Assembly: GCA_963792305.1 (NCBI GenBank)
Contig: CAWBXL010000247.1
Location: forward strand, 1 to 57,121
From: an uncultured Acidobacteriaceae bacterium
GTDB lineage: Bacteria > Acidobacteriota > Terriglobia > Terriglobales > Acidobacteriaceae
Direction: 5' to 3'
Length of the DNA: 57,121 nt
The notes beneath the pieces are model-generated. The model was given only the letters and a program-made list of their open reading frames with translations, had not been told where the DNA came from and ran no database searches. This document shows positions 9,971 through 19,632 of this stretch, piece by piece; position 1 is the first letter of the stretch, and every line of letters starts with the position of its first letter. Both the position numbers and the translations under genes were made by a program.

Positions 9971-11170
9971 TTACTTCACGCGCAATTGGCGCAAGTGCTG
10001 GGCCGCCGCATCGAGAGTCTCATCTTTTTTGCAAAAAGCAAATCGTACCTGCTGCGCCCCATCGCGAGGATCGCGATAAAAACTAGATCCGGGTACTGCC
10101 GCCACACCAATTTCTTTCACCAAATATTTAACGAACGTCACGTCATCGGCGTAGCCAAAAGCACTGATGTCGGTCATCACGTAATAAGCACCACGCGGCC
10201 GGAAGCAACGGAACCCTGCTTCAGTCAAAATCGGTACTAGTTTGTCGCGCCGCTTGCGATACGCTTCTGCTAAATTCTGATAGTAGACAGGAGGCAAATC
10301 CAGGGCGGTGGCCCCCGCAGCTTGCAAAGGAGCCGGCGCGCCCACGGTAAGAAAATCGTGCACTTTGCGAATGGCGTTCGTGATCGTAGGCGGAGCGATC
10401 GTCCAACCCACACGCCATCCAGTCACACTATAAGTTTTAGACAGACTATTAATGGTGACCGTGCGCTCTTTCATTCCATCGAGGCTGGCCATCGAAACGT
10501 GTTTGGTGCCGTCGTAAAGAATGTGTTCGTAAATTTCGTCAGTAATGCAGAGAACGTTGAACTCGACACACAGGCCGCGGATCAACTCCAGTTCAGCCTG
10601 GGTGAAAACCTTGCCCGTCGGGTTATTCGGAGTATTAACGATGATCGCTTTGGTTTGTGGATGAAAGGCCGAACGCAGTTCCTGCGGGTCAAAACTCCAT
10701 TCTCCATCCGGCGAGCCCGGCGGGCGCAACTTCACAAAGCAAGGCCTGGCGCCAGAGAGAACAGAATCCGGCCCATAGTTCTCATAAAACGGCTCGAAGA
10801 CGATAACCTCATCGCCCGGGTTGCAAATGGCCAGCAGTGTGGAAACCATTGCCTCAGTCGAACCGCAGCAAACGGTAACCTCAGTCTCCGGATCAACTGG
10901 CACGCCTTGCCATGCCTGCATCTGCCGCGCAATGGCATTGCGCAGCTTTTTTGCGCCCCAGGTAATCGCGTACTGATTGATGTCAGCCGAAACCGCATCC
11001 TGCGCGGCTTTTTTTATTTCTGCGGGCGCGGGGAAATCCGGAAACCCCTGTGAAAGATTGACCGCGCCATACATCAGCGCCTGCCGCGTCATCTCGCGGA
11101 TCACAGATTCTGTGAAGTAAGAAACTCTGTCGCTTAAAAAATTCTTTTGCGAGATGGCAACATCCGCCAT
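9971..11170 (-). CDS. PLP-dependent aminotransferase, class I/II (methionine/kynurenine aminotransferase-like)
   Basis: Intact 399 aa with NLSQGFPDF, NTPNNPTGKVF, the PLP-lysine motif NSLSKTYSVTGWRVGW, and FAFCK near the C-terminus. Confidence 0.85.
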   Translation of the reverse strand: MADVAISQKNFLSDRVSYFTESVIREMTRQALMYGAVNLSQGFPDFPAPAEIKKAAQDAVSADINQYAITWGAKKLRNAIARQMQAWQGVPVDPETEVTVCCGSTEAMVSTLLAICNPGDEVIVFEPFYENYGPDSVLSGARPCFVKLRPPGSPDGEWSFDPQELRSAFHPQTKAIIVNTPNNPTGKVFTQAELELIRGLCVEFNVLCITDEIYEHILYDGTKHVSMASLDGMKERTVTINSLSKTYSVTGWRVGWTIAPPTITNAIRKVHDFLTVGAPAPLQAAGATALDLPPVYYQNLAEAYRKRRDKLVPILTEAGFRCFRPRGAYYVMTDISAFGYADDVTFVKYLVKEIGVAAVPGSSFYRDPRDGAQQVRFAFCKKDETLDAAAQHLRQLRVK

Positions 11171-11194
11171 AGATTTGGGCCTACATGAATTGTA

Positions 11195-12775
11195 TTACCT
11201 GGCAGCCGCGAAAAACCGGCGCTTGATGTTGTCGCGATACAGATCGCATTGTGGAGCGCGCAATTTTGTTTTTGCTTCCACCTGGCCAGCCTGCGTGATC
11301 GAGACAAATAATTCCGTGTCACCAAACTCAGGCCACTTCGGTAGCGCCCCGCCGTTGGGGTCACCAGTCCTGGCGAAATTCGTCCAGTAACTCTCGACCA
11401 TCTCGGCAATCTTGTGGTCGGTCTCGCCGAATTTTCCGCCGATGTTCCCTTCCTTGGGGAAAAATCCGAACACGTACGGCAAATCCGCCGAATGCACGGA
11501 ACCTTGCGATTCCTGCCCGGGAATGGCGCGCTCAAACTGATATTCGTAAGTTGGATGATGCGCTTGTTTATGCCATTGCGCGATGGTTGTCGCCGGACAA
11601 CGGAACATCGTATCCGCAGCGAGTTGGTTCGCAGCGGGACCATAAAGCGGATCGTTATTACCCTTGGCGCCATCTGCCAGACCGTAAATATTCAGTGCTT
11701 GCGGTGCGAGCGAGCCAAAACGCTCCTGAATCCTGCTTCGCAACTCATCGGGAGTGGCCGGCGCATCGAATTCGCGAGTGTTGTTTCCAAGAAGCAATGG
11801 AATCGTAGCTTCCTGCCCAGTAGCAAAAACCAGCGCCGGCGAGCGAGTTAGAACCCACCCGTCCACAATCACACTTGGCGACGAGTCTATGGTCGCTTTA
11901 AGCAGATCCACTGTAGGCAGATTGCGTAGAAACTTGATGGCATCGGTGGAAGGAGCCTTCAGGCTGGTCGCCAGGTGCGCTCCTTGTTGTTCGCCCTCGG
12001 AAAGTTTTGGCCAGTGGCCAAGTAACACGGTGCCACTCTCCGCGATAGCACGGTGGAAAAGACCCTTGGCCAGTGGAGATGTCATCAACAATCCGGTATC
12101 GAGCGCGCCTGCTGATTGGCCGAATACTGTGACGTTGTTCGGATCTCCGCCAAATTTGGAAATGTTGTCGTGGACCCATTGCAGCGCGGCGATTTGGTCC
12201 AGCAAAGCATAATTTCCAGATACATGATGCGCCGATTCCGCCGTAAGTTCTGGATGCGCTAAAAATCCTAAAACGCCCAGCCTATAGTTGACCGTCACCA
12301 GCACGACGCCATGTTTCTGAAGCGTCCCATCTTTATAAAGAGCAGCAGACGCCGTCCCAGCTGTATTTGAGCCTCCGTGGATCCAGAACATCACCGGCAG
12401 CGGCGCTTTGGCTGGCCACTCCGGAGTCAGGACGTTGAGATACAAACAATCTTCCTGGCTGGCTTCAGCATTGCGGCGGTTCCAATCTCCGTAAACACTT
12501 TGCGCGCAGGGTGCGCCAAATTCCATGGCGTCGCGAACTCCGCTCCATGGCTTCGGTGGGACTGGCTCGTGCCAGCGCAGAGCGCCGACCGGAGGTTGGG
12601 CATAAGGGATGCCAAGGAAGTTGGCGCCACCGTCCGTGAGCCGTATGCCGCGAACCTGACCGGCAGCCGTCGAAACAATAGGATCGTCTTTCGATTGTGC
12701 GGCAGAAATTACAACCACGGAGAGTAGAAAGCTGAATAGCGCGATCGCTATTCTGAAAATGCGGCGAGATAGCAT
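11195..12775 (-). CDS. Secreted carboxylesterase/lipase type B
   Basis: Intact 526 aa with a signal peptide (LFSFLLSVVVISAAQS), the oxyanion region WIHGGS, the nucleophile elbow VFGQSAGA, and FLGIPYAQPP at the N-terminus. Confidence 0.85.
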   Translation of the reverse strand: MLSRRIFRIAIALFSFLLSVVVISAAQSKDDPIVSTAAGQVRGIRLTDGGANFLGIPYAQPPVGALRWHEPVPPKPWSGVRDAMEFGAPCAQSVYGDWNRRNAEASQEDCLYLNVLTPEWPAKAPLPVMFWIHGGSNTAGTASAALYKDGTLQKHGVVLVTVNYRLGVLGFLAHPELTAESAHHVSGNYALLDQIAALQWVHDNISKFGGDPNNVTVFGQSAGALDTGLLMTSPLAKGLFHRAIAESGTVLLGHWPKLSEGEQQGAHLATSLKAPSTDAIKFLRNLPTVDLLKATIDSSPSVIVDGWVLTRSPALVFATGQEATIPLLLGNNTREFDAPATPDELRSRIQERFGSLAPQALNIYGLADGAKGNNDPLYGPAANQLAADTMFRCPATTIAQWHKQAHHPTYEYQFERAIPGQESQGSVHSADLPYVFGFFPKEGNIGGKFGETDHKIAEMVESYWTNFARTGDPNGGALPKWPEFGDTELFVSITQAGQVEAKTKLRAPQCDLYRDNIKRRFFAAAR

Positions 12776-12815
12776 GAACCTAACGCTCCTTGCAAAATTT
12801 GCGTCAGCCTGATCG

Positions 12816-14852
12816 TTAAACCCGTTGTGTACCGCCTAATTCCTCGAGCTTTTTAGTAATCTGTCCCGACCACTGCGCCACCTCATCTTCACGCAGAGTG
12901 CGTTCGTTCGATTGGAAGTTCGCTCGCAACAAAATGGAATATTTGCCAGCCCCAACACTGCCGCCGCGAAAAATCTCTGCTGGGACGAAGCTGCGCAGTT
13001 GTTCGAGTTTGAGCGATAAAACTGCCTGCTCGATCCTTGCAAATACCACCGAGTCAGGAAATACGAAAGAGAAATCGCGCTCGACAGCCGGAAAGCGAGG
13101 CAGAGCACGATAACGTACATGCCACAGATCATGCTTATACAGCTCGGCGAGATAAATCTCCGCCACAAAAATATCCTGTTTCAGCTTGCGTGAGGCTGCG
13201 GTTTCCGGATGAAGTTGCCCGAACTGCGCAACGGTCACGCCATCCATCACCGCGCGAGCTGCGCGGCCGGGATGGTAGTATTCTGCAACTTGCGCGTCGT
13301 ACTGAAGTGATTTGAATTGGAAAGCGTGCAGCAGGTCTTCGACATCTCCCTTGAGATCGAAAAATGTTAGCGCATGTGCAGATTGATGAACTCCTGCAGC
13401 TGTCGCACTTCCAGTCGCACCCATACAAATTTGCTTCGATTCCTTCGATGCACCTTGCTCCAACTGAAACACATTGCCCGACTCGAACAGGCGGACATCC
13501 GCGCTGCCCCGGTTCAGGTTGTAAGCGAGCATGTTCAACATGCCTGGGACCATTGAAGTCCGCATAACCGAAGCTTCCGCGCTGAGCGGATTGGCAAGCT
13601 CAATCACCGGTACAGAAGAAAACTGCTCGGCATCTTCATGGGCGATGAAGCTGAGGGATACGGCTTCGTCATAGCCCAACGCCAAAAGGGAAGACCGCAG
13701 CTTCTGATCCTTGTTCGCATTCGGTAATTCAACGACAGAACCACGATACGCGGGCAACGTATTGTTAAATTTATCGTAACCGTGCAGCCGCGCGATCTCT
13801 TCGATCAGATCAATTTCGCGCTCCACGTCGAGCCGCCATGTCGGAATATTGACCGTGAACACAAAACCCTGGTCTGGTTCCGGCACCAAATCAAAGCCCA
13901 GGCGCTTGAGAATGCGAATCACTTCATTCACCGGCAGTGTCTTGCCCAGGATGCGATGGACTTCGGGAATCCTCAATTCAACCGGCGCTTGATCAATGTT
14001 GCGTGCGATGGCGTCGATCTCGTTGCCTTGGAGCGTGCCGCCACCTGATTCCAGAACTCTCTGCGCTACTCGCGCGCAAGCCAGTGATGTAGCGCCGTAA
14101 TCGGCCCCGCGTTCGAAGCGATGTGAGGCGTCAGTGTGTAATCCGTGACGCTTGGCTGTCTTGCGAACAATCACCGGATCAAACCAGGCTGCTTCGATCA
14201 GAATGTTCTTGGTCTTGTCCGTGATCATGGTGTCGAATCCGCCCATAACTCCGGCGAGGGCCAAAGGTTTTTTCGCATCGGCAATGATCAGATCTTGAGG
14301 GTCAAGTTTGCGGTCCACGCCATCGAGCGTTTTGAGTGTTTCGCCGGCGCGGGCGCGGCGGACAATGATTTTTCCGCCTTCGAGCAGATCGAGATCGAAA
14401 GCGTGTGTGGGATGTCCCATCTCCCAGAGCGTGTAGTTGGAGGCATCGGCTGCATTGTTGATGGCGCGCTGGTCCACGCTGGCGAGGCGTTTCACAATCG
14501 CATCTGGTGACGTCTTGATACTCACGCCACGAATAATCCGCGCGGTATATCGAGCGCAGCCTTCTTTGTCCTCGATGGATATAACGAAATCGGCTTTGCC
14601 CTCAGACTTCGGCAGCTTTGGCTCAATCGGCTTCAGCGGCAGGTCGTACAACGCGGAGCACTCACGTGCCACGCCGTAGTGGTTCATGGCGTCGGGGCGA
14701 TTGGTGGTGATCTCCATTTCGAAGACCGTACCTTCGCCCTCGCCGCTGATGCCTTCGACCGCGACGCCCGCGAGCGTGATCTCGTCGGCAAGATGGTGAT
14801 AGTTCACCTGCAAGTCAACGAAGTCGCGCAGCCAGTTGGGAGAAAGTTTCAT
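12816..14852 (-). CDS. pheT: Phenylalanine--tRNA ligase beta subunit
   Basis: Intact 678 aa. It starts MKLSPNWLRDFVDL, has the B3/4 and B5 regions (FDLDLL..IIVRRA, GVMGG) and a ferredoxin-fold anticodon-binding C-terminus. It lies directly downstream of pheS. Confidence 0.9.
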   Translation of the reverse strand: MKLSPNWLRDFVDLQVNYHHLADEITLAGVAVEGISGEGEGTVFEMEITTNRPDAMNHYGVARECSALYDLPLKPIEPKLPKSEGKADFVISIEDKEGCARYTARIIRGVSIKTSPDAIVKRLASVDQRAINNAADASNYTLWEMGHPTHAFDLDLLEGGKIIVRRARAGETLKTLDGVDRKLDPQDLIIADAKKPLALAGVMGGFDTMITDKTKNILIEAAWFDPVIVRKTAKRHGLHTDASHRFERGADYGATSLACARVAQRVLESGGGTLQGNEIDAIARNIDQAPVELRIPEVHRILGKTLPVNEVIRILKRLGFDLVPEPDQGFVFTVNIPTWRLDVEREIDLIEEIARLHGYDKFNNTLPAYRGSVVELPNANKDQKLRSSLLALGYDEAVSLSFIAHEDAEQFSSVPVIELANPLSAEASVMRTSMVPGMLNMLAYNLNRGSADVRLFESGNVFQLEQGASKESKQICMGATGSATAAGVHQSAHALTFFDLKGDVEDLLHAFQFKSLQYDAQVAEYYHPGRAARAVMDGVTVAQFGQLHPETAASRKLKQDIFVAEIYLAELYKHDLWHVRYRALPRFPAVERDFSFVFPDSVVFARIEQAVLSLKLEQLRSFVPAEIFRGGSVGAGKYSILLRANFQSNERTLREDEVAQWSGQITKKLEELGGTQRV

Positions 14853-14928
14853 AAAAGCTACTAGCTACTAGCTACTAGTCGCTAGCTAAGCCGTTTTGGC
14901 TAGAAGCTAGTCGCCAGTAGCTAGAGGC
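14853..14928. repeat. CTAG-saturated tandem repeat / imperfect hairpin filling the pheS-pheT spacer
   Basis: The spacer has (GCTACTA)x3, then tcgctagctaagcc-gtttt-ggctagaagctagtcgccagtagctag. There are seven CTAG tetranucleotides in about 70 nt, and the arms around gtttt are imperfectly complementary. Confidence 0.6.
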
Positions 14929-16039
14929 TTATCCAAATTGCTCTAAAAATCTGACATCACCTTGATAGAACAACTGAATGTCATCCACGCCATATTTCAA
15001 AATCGCGATGCGCTCCACGCCCATACCAAATGCAAATCCACTGACTTTTTTGGGATCATAGTCCACAAAACCAAAAACATTGGGGTCCACCATGCCGCAG
15101 CCTAGCAGTTCGATCCAGCCGCTGGCTTTGCAGTTCCGGCAAGGTCCGCCGTCGCGATAGCCTTTGCCTCCGCAGAAGATGCAGCTGATCTGCACGTCGG
15201 CGCTGGGTTCAGTGAACGGGAAGAATGACGGATAGAAACGCGTCTTCACGCTCGAGCCGAACAGCGCTTTCATGGCATGGTCGAGCGTGCCCTTGAGATC
15301 GCAGAAGGTGATGTTCGTATCCACCGCCAGACCTTCGACCTGATGAAAGACCGGCGAGTGCGTGGCGTCCGGCGCATCGTTGCGATGAACTTTTCCCGGA
15401 CACACCACGCGCACCGGAGGCTTCATCTTCTGCATGGTGCGAATTTGCACCGGAGACGTGTGCGTGCGCAGCAACAGGCGATCGCGTTGCGGCTTCGATT
15501 CCTGTCCGGCGATGAAGAGCGTGTCCTGCGTATCGCGTGCCGGATGGTTTGGCGGAAAGTTCAGCGCTTCGAAGTTGTAGTAATCGGTCTCAATCTCGGG
15601 CCTTCTTCAACGGAGTATCCGAGGTTGCGGAAGACTCCAACGATTTCGTTCATCGTCTTGATGACGGGTGCTCGGCGCCGATGGGGCGACGGGTGCCAGG
15701 GAGAGTGATGTCGACGTTTCGGCGTCAGGCTTGAATCGGATGCGCTGGATTGAATGCGAGCTGAGTGTCTCTTCGATGGTCTGCTTCGACTGCGGATTTT
15801 GACCTCGTTAACGCATTGTCCGACGTCGCGTTTGTTTCTTTCGGAGCGGCTTTCAACCACAGTCATTGAGCTGAGTGAACACGCCGTTCTTACGCGCCAT
15901 CCAACGATCACGGAAAGTTTTCCAGTCGGATTGTCTGCACTGCTGCCGATTCCTTGTTCAAGCGCAGACGGAAGTTCCTCTACGGCCTTTCAAGCGCCGT
16001 GGGCGAGAAGTCCGTGAGTTTTGGAACGTTATATGGCAT
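14929..16039 (-). CDS. pheS: Phenylalanine--tRNA ligase alpha subunit, frameshifted in the N-terminal half
   Basis: ORF 14929..15474 is the intact class II core ([45 protein letters not shown]). Upstream pieces read [53 protein letters not shown] and [12 protein letters not shown] in other frames. The start is uncertain (about 16039). Confidence 0.8.
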
Positions 16040-16189
16040 TGGCGAGCAAAACAGATTCCATGGCTCATGGCTAGCGAAGCGAATGGACACTCTTGTATGG
16101 GACTGCACACCAATACAGGACAGTGAAGCCGTGCCCTTCCCGCTCAGGATGACAAATGCTTATAGAGCAGAGAAGTGATGGCTGAGAAT

Positions 16190-16555
16190 CTACGCTGCCC
16201 CGCCGAGATCGCTCTTCGCCTGTTCGGCGAGGCTCTTAAATCCGGCGGCATCTTTCACCGCGAAGTCGGCCAGGATTTTACGGTCGAGTTCGACGCCGGC
16301 TTTTTTCAGTCCGTTGATGAACTGGTTATAGCTCATATCGTTCAACTTGGCGGCGGCGCCGATGCGGACGATCCACAGCGAGCGGTATTGGCGCTTGCTC
16401 TGTTTGCGGCCGGAGTAGGCGAACTTCAGTCCGCGGTCGACGGCTTCTTTGGCCGCGCGGTAGAGTTTTGATTTAGTGAGGAAATATCCGCTGGCGCGTT
16501 CTAGCAGCTTTTTACGTTTTGCGCGACGTTTCGTCCCGCGTTTTACACGAGGCAT
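16190..16555 (-). CDS. rplT: 50S ribosomal protein L20
   Basis: [54 protein letters not shown], intact 121 aa. Confidence 0.95.
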   Translation of the reverse strand: MPRVKRGTKRRAKRKKLLERASGYFLTKSKLYRAAKEAVDRGLKFAYSGRKQSKRQYRSLWIVRIGAAAKLNDMSYNQFINGLKKAGVELDRKILADFAVKDAAGFKSLAEQAKSDLGGAA

Positions 16556-16705
16556 GGTGTTGCTCCTTTTTAGTTACGTTTTAAAGGCGGCTGGAGGTAG
16601 GAGACTTATAAAGTCCATTGACCTCTTCACTCACCTGGCGCAGAACTTAATCCGCGCATTTCTTCGTGGAACTTGGTGTTCTTCTGGTTAAAGTTCTTAA
16701 ACTAA

Positions 16706-16732
16706 CCACGAAGGTCACGAAGCACACGAAGG
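16706..16732. repeat. (CACGAAG)x3 short tandem motif in the rpmI-rplT spacer, partner of an upstream imperfect inverted copy
   Basis: ccacgaaggtcacgaagcacacgaagg (16706-16732) is imperfectly complementary to ttcttcgtggaacttggtgttcttctgg (about 16659-16688). This is a REP-like hairpin within the 182-nt spacer. Confidence 0.5.
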
Positions 16733-16737
16733 AAAAT

Positions 16738-16932
16738 CTAGTACGGAATCATTCTCTTAACTTTGGGCGTATCGGCATCGCTGACCAGCACCGTCCCACC
16801 CAAATGGCTCTTGCGCTTCTTGTCCTTCGACGTCAGGATGTGGCGCAAGAATGCCTTCGACCGTTTTACTTTCCCGGTCGCAGTCTTCTTGAAGCGCTTC
16901 GCAGCGCCTTTGTGTGTCTTAAGTTTCGGCAT
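16738..16932 (-). CDS. rpmI: 50S ribosomal protein L35
   Basis: [36 protein letters not shown], intact 64 aa. Confidence 0.95.
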   Translation of the reverse strand: MPKLKTHKGAAKRFKKTATGKVKRSKAFLRHILTSKDKKRKSHLGGTVLVSDADTPKVKRMIPY

Positions 16933-17004
16933 ATTTCCTCTATGGCTGTCAGCTATTAGCCGTCAGCTTTCAGCTTGAAATTGTAAGTCTTAAGTGGGTC
17001 AGAC

Positions 17005-17585
17005 CTACGCTTGCTTGGCTTGCGCGGATGGCTGCGCTTGCGGAGCTGCTTTCGGTTTCTCTCCCGGCTTGGTTTTTGCATTCGGCGCCAGGATCAGGTG
17101 CAGCGTATTGCCTTCCTGCCGCGGCCGGAATTCCACGATTCCCTGGTCGCCAATATCTTTAATCAAGCGCTCCAGAATTTCACGGCCCAAACCAGTGCGC
17201 GTCATTTCTCGTCCGCGGAAAAAGATAGTTGCCTTGACCTTGTCGCCTTCATCCAGGAAACGCAGCACATGGTTCTTCTTGGTTTCGTAATCGTGATCGT
17301 CCACATTAATGCGGAACTTCACTTCCTTAATCACGATGATCTTCTGGTGCTTCTTCGCCTCGCGCTCTTTTTCTCCTGCTGGTACAGGAATTTCCCGAAA
17401 TCCATGATGCGACATACAGGTGGATTCGCTGTGGGTGAAATCTCAACCAGGTCCAGGTTTTTCGCGCGGGCCATTTTCAACGCTTCAAACGGAGGCAGAA
17501 CTCCAATCTGTGCGCCTTCGTCATCAATCACGCGAATTTCGCGGGCTCGAATACGGTCGTTGGTGCGGATAAAACGTTTATCGAT
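17005..17585 (-). CDS. infC: Translation initiation factor IF-3, one frameshift in a homopolymer; probable non-AUG (AUC) start
   Basis: The N-domain reads [69 protein letters not shown] (ORF 17331..17531 and upstream). The C-domain reads [40 protein letters not shown] (ORF 17005..17415). The frames join at the T5/A5 run 17368-17372. An in-frame ATC at 17585 lies 6 nt downstream of GGGGAGG. Confidence 0.85.
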
Positions 17586-17780
17586 AAATCCTCCCCTAAA
17601 TTGAACAACTCATTGGGATGCATGATTATAGCAAACTGGTGCGGGAGGCGTCATTGGGGAGATTTTCCACCTAAAAAGACTTGGAATTAGCTGGAATTCG
17701 GTGAGAATCCGGGGGCAATTGGCGTGTGGTAGCAGTCTTTACTTGGCCTTCACTCTTAATTGAGCCGGTTTGTGATAAGT

Positions 17781-18488
17781 CTACCGAGTCATACCTGCAT
17801 TCACCGTATTCCACTCAATCTTCTTCAGTAACTCCTGAATCCGGTCATCCGCACCATAAATCTGGATCACCACATTCTCGATAAACGGGGTGTTCTGCGG
17901 GTGCGTAAAGTGAAATGGATACGCGTTGTTGCCTGCATCCCACTTGGTCCCCTGCCAGTTGCCGAACAGCAGCACATAAGCCGACCCATGATTAAAAGGA
18001 TTGGTTGTAGCGTGATATGCCATGGCTGTCCCCGGCACTTGGATGTAGGACTTACTCCCCGGCGGCGGAGCATCAATTGAAACCGCTGAGTTGAAGTGGA
18101 CTTCCACTTCCACCGCAGTCAGGGCCTGGAGAGCCTGGCCGATCGCCATCTTCTTGGACATATCAGGCTCTTCTTCGAGCTTGGCCATTTGCGGGCCGAC
18201 CACATGGTTCCATCGTTCAGAACCGTTGCGGACGCGGTAGGTACGCTGGAACATCTCATTTATGTCGAGCGGACGCCCGGTGTTAGTGCTCACAGTGGCA
18301 TCCTGATCGACCGAGTAATCCACGTTCTCGTCCCAGTCGTCGCTCTGAAATTGATCGAGGATTTTGTTGATGACGCCCTCGTATTTTTCGAGAACTTGTT
18401 TTTCGGGAGCAGTTGGAGGACGCAGGACGGCGACAGCTAAACTAGATGCGAGAAGGACAAAACCTAAACCGTACAGATAGCGGCGCAT
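17781..18488 (-). CDS. Hypothetical secreted protein
   Basis: Intact 235 aa with an N-terminal signal peptide (MRRYLYGLGFVLLASSLAVAV). I recognise no family motif. Confidence 0.5.
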   Translation of the reverse strand: MRRYLYGLGFVLLASSLAVAVLRPPTAPEKQVLEKYEGVINKILDQFQSDDWDENVDYSVDQDATVSTNTGRPLDINEMFQRTYRVRNGSERWNHVVGPQMAKLEEEPDMSKKMAIGQALQALTAVEVEVHFNSAVSIDAPPPGSKSYIQVPGTAMAYHATTNPFNHGSAYVLLFGNWQGTKWDAGNNAYPFHFTHPQNTPFIENVVIQIYGADDRIQELLKKIEWNTVNAGMTR

Positions 18489-18856
18489 GCGCGGGATTTT
18501 AGCACCATACAGGACGAATCCGCGCCGCGATAAATTAGATGGTGTGAGCGAAGGCCAAAATCAAAAGTACCAGCAAGGGCAGAAACAGCACAATGCCACT
18601 GGCGGTGAGTATGATTTCACTGCATAAATCCGGCTTGAGTATTTCTTCTTCAATCAGATTGCTTCTCCGCATGGTCTTTCCTTTCACAAATGAGTTCGTA
18701 GCTTAGAAGCACCAGCCCGCGTTACCGGGCGCCACTAATAGAACAAACCGTAAAAAATGAGGGGAATTGTGAAGTCTTCTAAGGAGAAAACCCTACTGGG
18801 AGGGAGGAGGGAGGAAAGAAGCACGGGCACGCTCGGTGCCCGTGCTAAATCCAGGC

Positions 18857-19066
18857 TTACGATGCGCGACGTTTTTCCACATCCTCAGAGCCTTCACGGT
18901 CCTTGCGCTCTGGGAATTCCTGTGTGTTCGGGTTCTTCTTGCCAGTGTCCTGCGGATTGTTGCTCTGGTTGGGATTTTGCTGTGTCTGTCCTTGTCCCTG
19001 ACCCTGGTCGCGCTTCTGTTGCGGGTCTTGCTGTTGGTCTTTGTTCTTATCAAATTCGTTTGCCAT
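18857..19066 (-). CDS. Small Q/N/K/D-rich hydrophilic protein (hydrophilin-like), hypothetical
   Basis: 69 aa, MANEFDKNKDQQQDPQQKRDQGQGQGQTQQNPNQ.. An AAGGAG Shine-Dalgarno sequence lies 7-8 nt upstream of the ATG (ggttAAGGAGctaatccATG on the minus strand). The protein has no hydrophobic core. Confidence 0.4.
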   Translation of the reverse strand: MANEFDKNKDQQQDPQQKRDQGQGQGQTQQNPNQSNNPQDTGKKNPNTQEFPERKDREGSEDVEKRRAS

Positions 19067-19245
19067 GGATTAGCTCCTTAACCTCTATGAGATCGGAACA
19101 CTATGTAACTTTTGTGTCACGTCAAAACTTAGGTGCGGGAATTTGAATTTGGGTGGCCTGAAAAATTGATCCTCAGCGTTTACCCCTAGGGGAAACCGAC
19201 AGCTCAAGATCTTCATCCAAGCTGCGCTGACATAGAGGTCTGAAC

Positions 19246-19626
19246 ATGCGCATACTCTCCATAAGTTTTCTCGCAATTGTTTTCCTTGCATCCCTAGCCT
19301 GCTCCACACAGAAACAAAGCCCGGAAGAACTAAAAGAACGAACTGCTGAGGCCACCAAAGAACTGAAGCAAAACGCTAAGGCCGTCGTCGAAGGAGTTCG
19401 TGAGGGCTGGAGCAAAGACAAGCCGCTCAATCTGAACACGGCGACGAAAGATCAGCTCACTAGTTTGCCGGGGGTGACCGGCGATCAGGCAGAGGCGATT
19501 ATCGTGTCGCGGCCCTATTACTCGCCCAACGATTTAGTGAAGCGCAAAGTTTTGTCGCGGGAAGAGTACAGCAAGATCGCCGATCTGGTAACTACAAGTG
19601 GGAGCAAGCCCAATCCTGGCATGTAA
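19246..19626 (+). CDS. Lipoprotein with ComEA-like helix-hairpin-helix domain
   Basis: The lipobox is LASLAC at the N-terminus. The HhH motif is LNLNTATKDQLTSLPGVTGDQAEAIIVSRPY. Confidence 0.6.
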   Translation: MRILSISFLAIVFLASLACSTQKQSPEELKERTAEATKELKQNAKAVVEGVREGWSKDKPLNLNTATKDQLTSLPGVTGDQAEAIIVSRPYYSPNDLVKRKVLSREEYSKIADLVTTSGSKPNPGM

Positions 19627-19632
19627 GCCGGT

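Noticed and set aside
10322-11053. 243-aa + strand ORF
   Set aside because: It lies entirely inside, and antisense to, the intact aminotransferase gene, and it has no motifs.
14853-14928. Possible mini CRISPR array or other spaced-repeat array
   Set aside because: The repeats are 7-nt tandem units with no spacers of CRISPR size. No cas genes are present, and no repeat-spacer periodicity was seen anywhere in the window.
18536-18672. ~45-codon minus-strand ORF encoding a small hydrophobic peptide (MRRSNLIEEEILKPDLCSEIILTASGIVLFLPLLVLLILAFAHTI)
   Set aside because: It is plausible as a small membrane protein, but it is below any reliable threshold. My coordinate count for it is not an exact multiple of three, so I do not report it as a feature.
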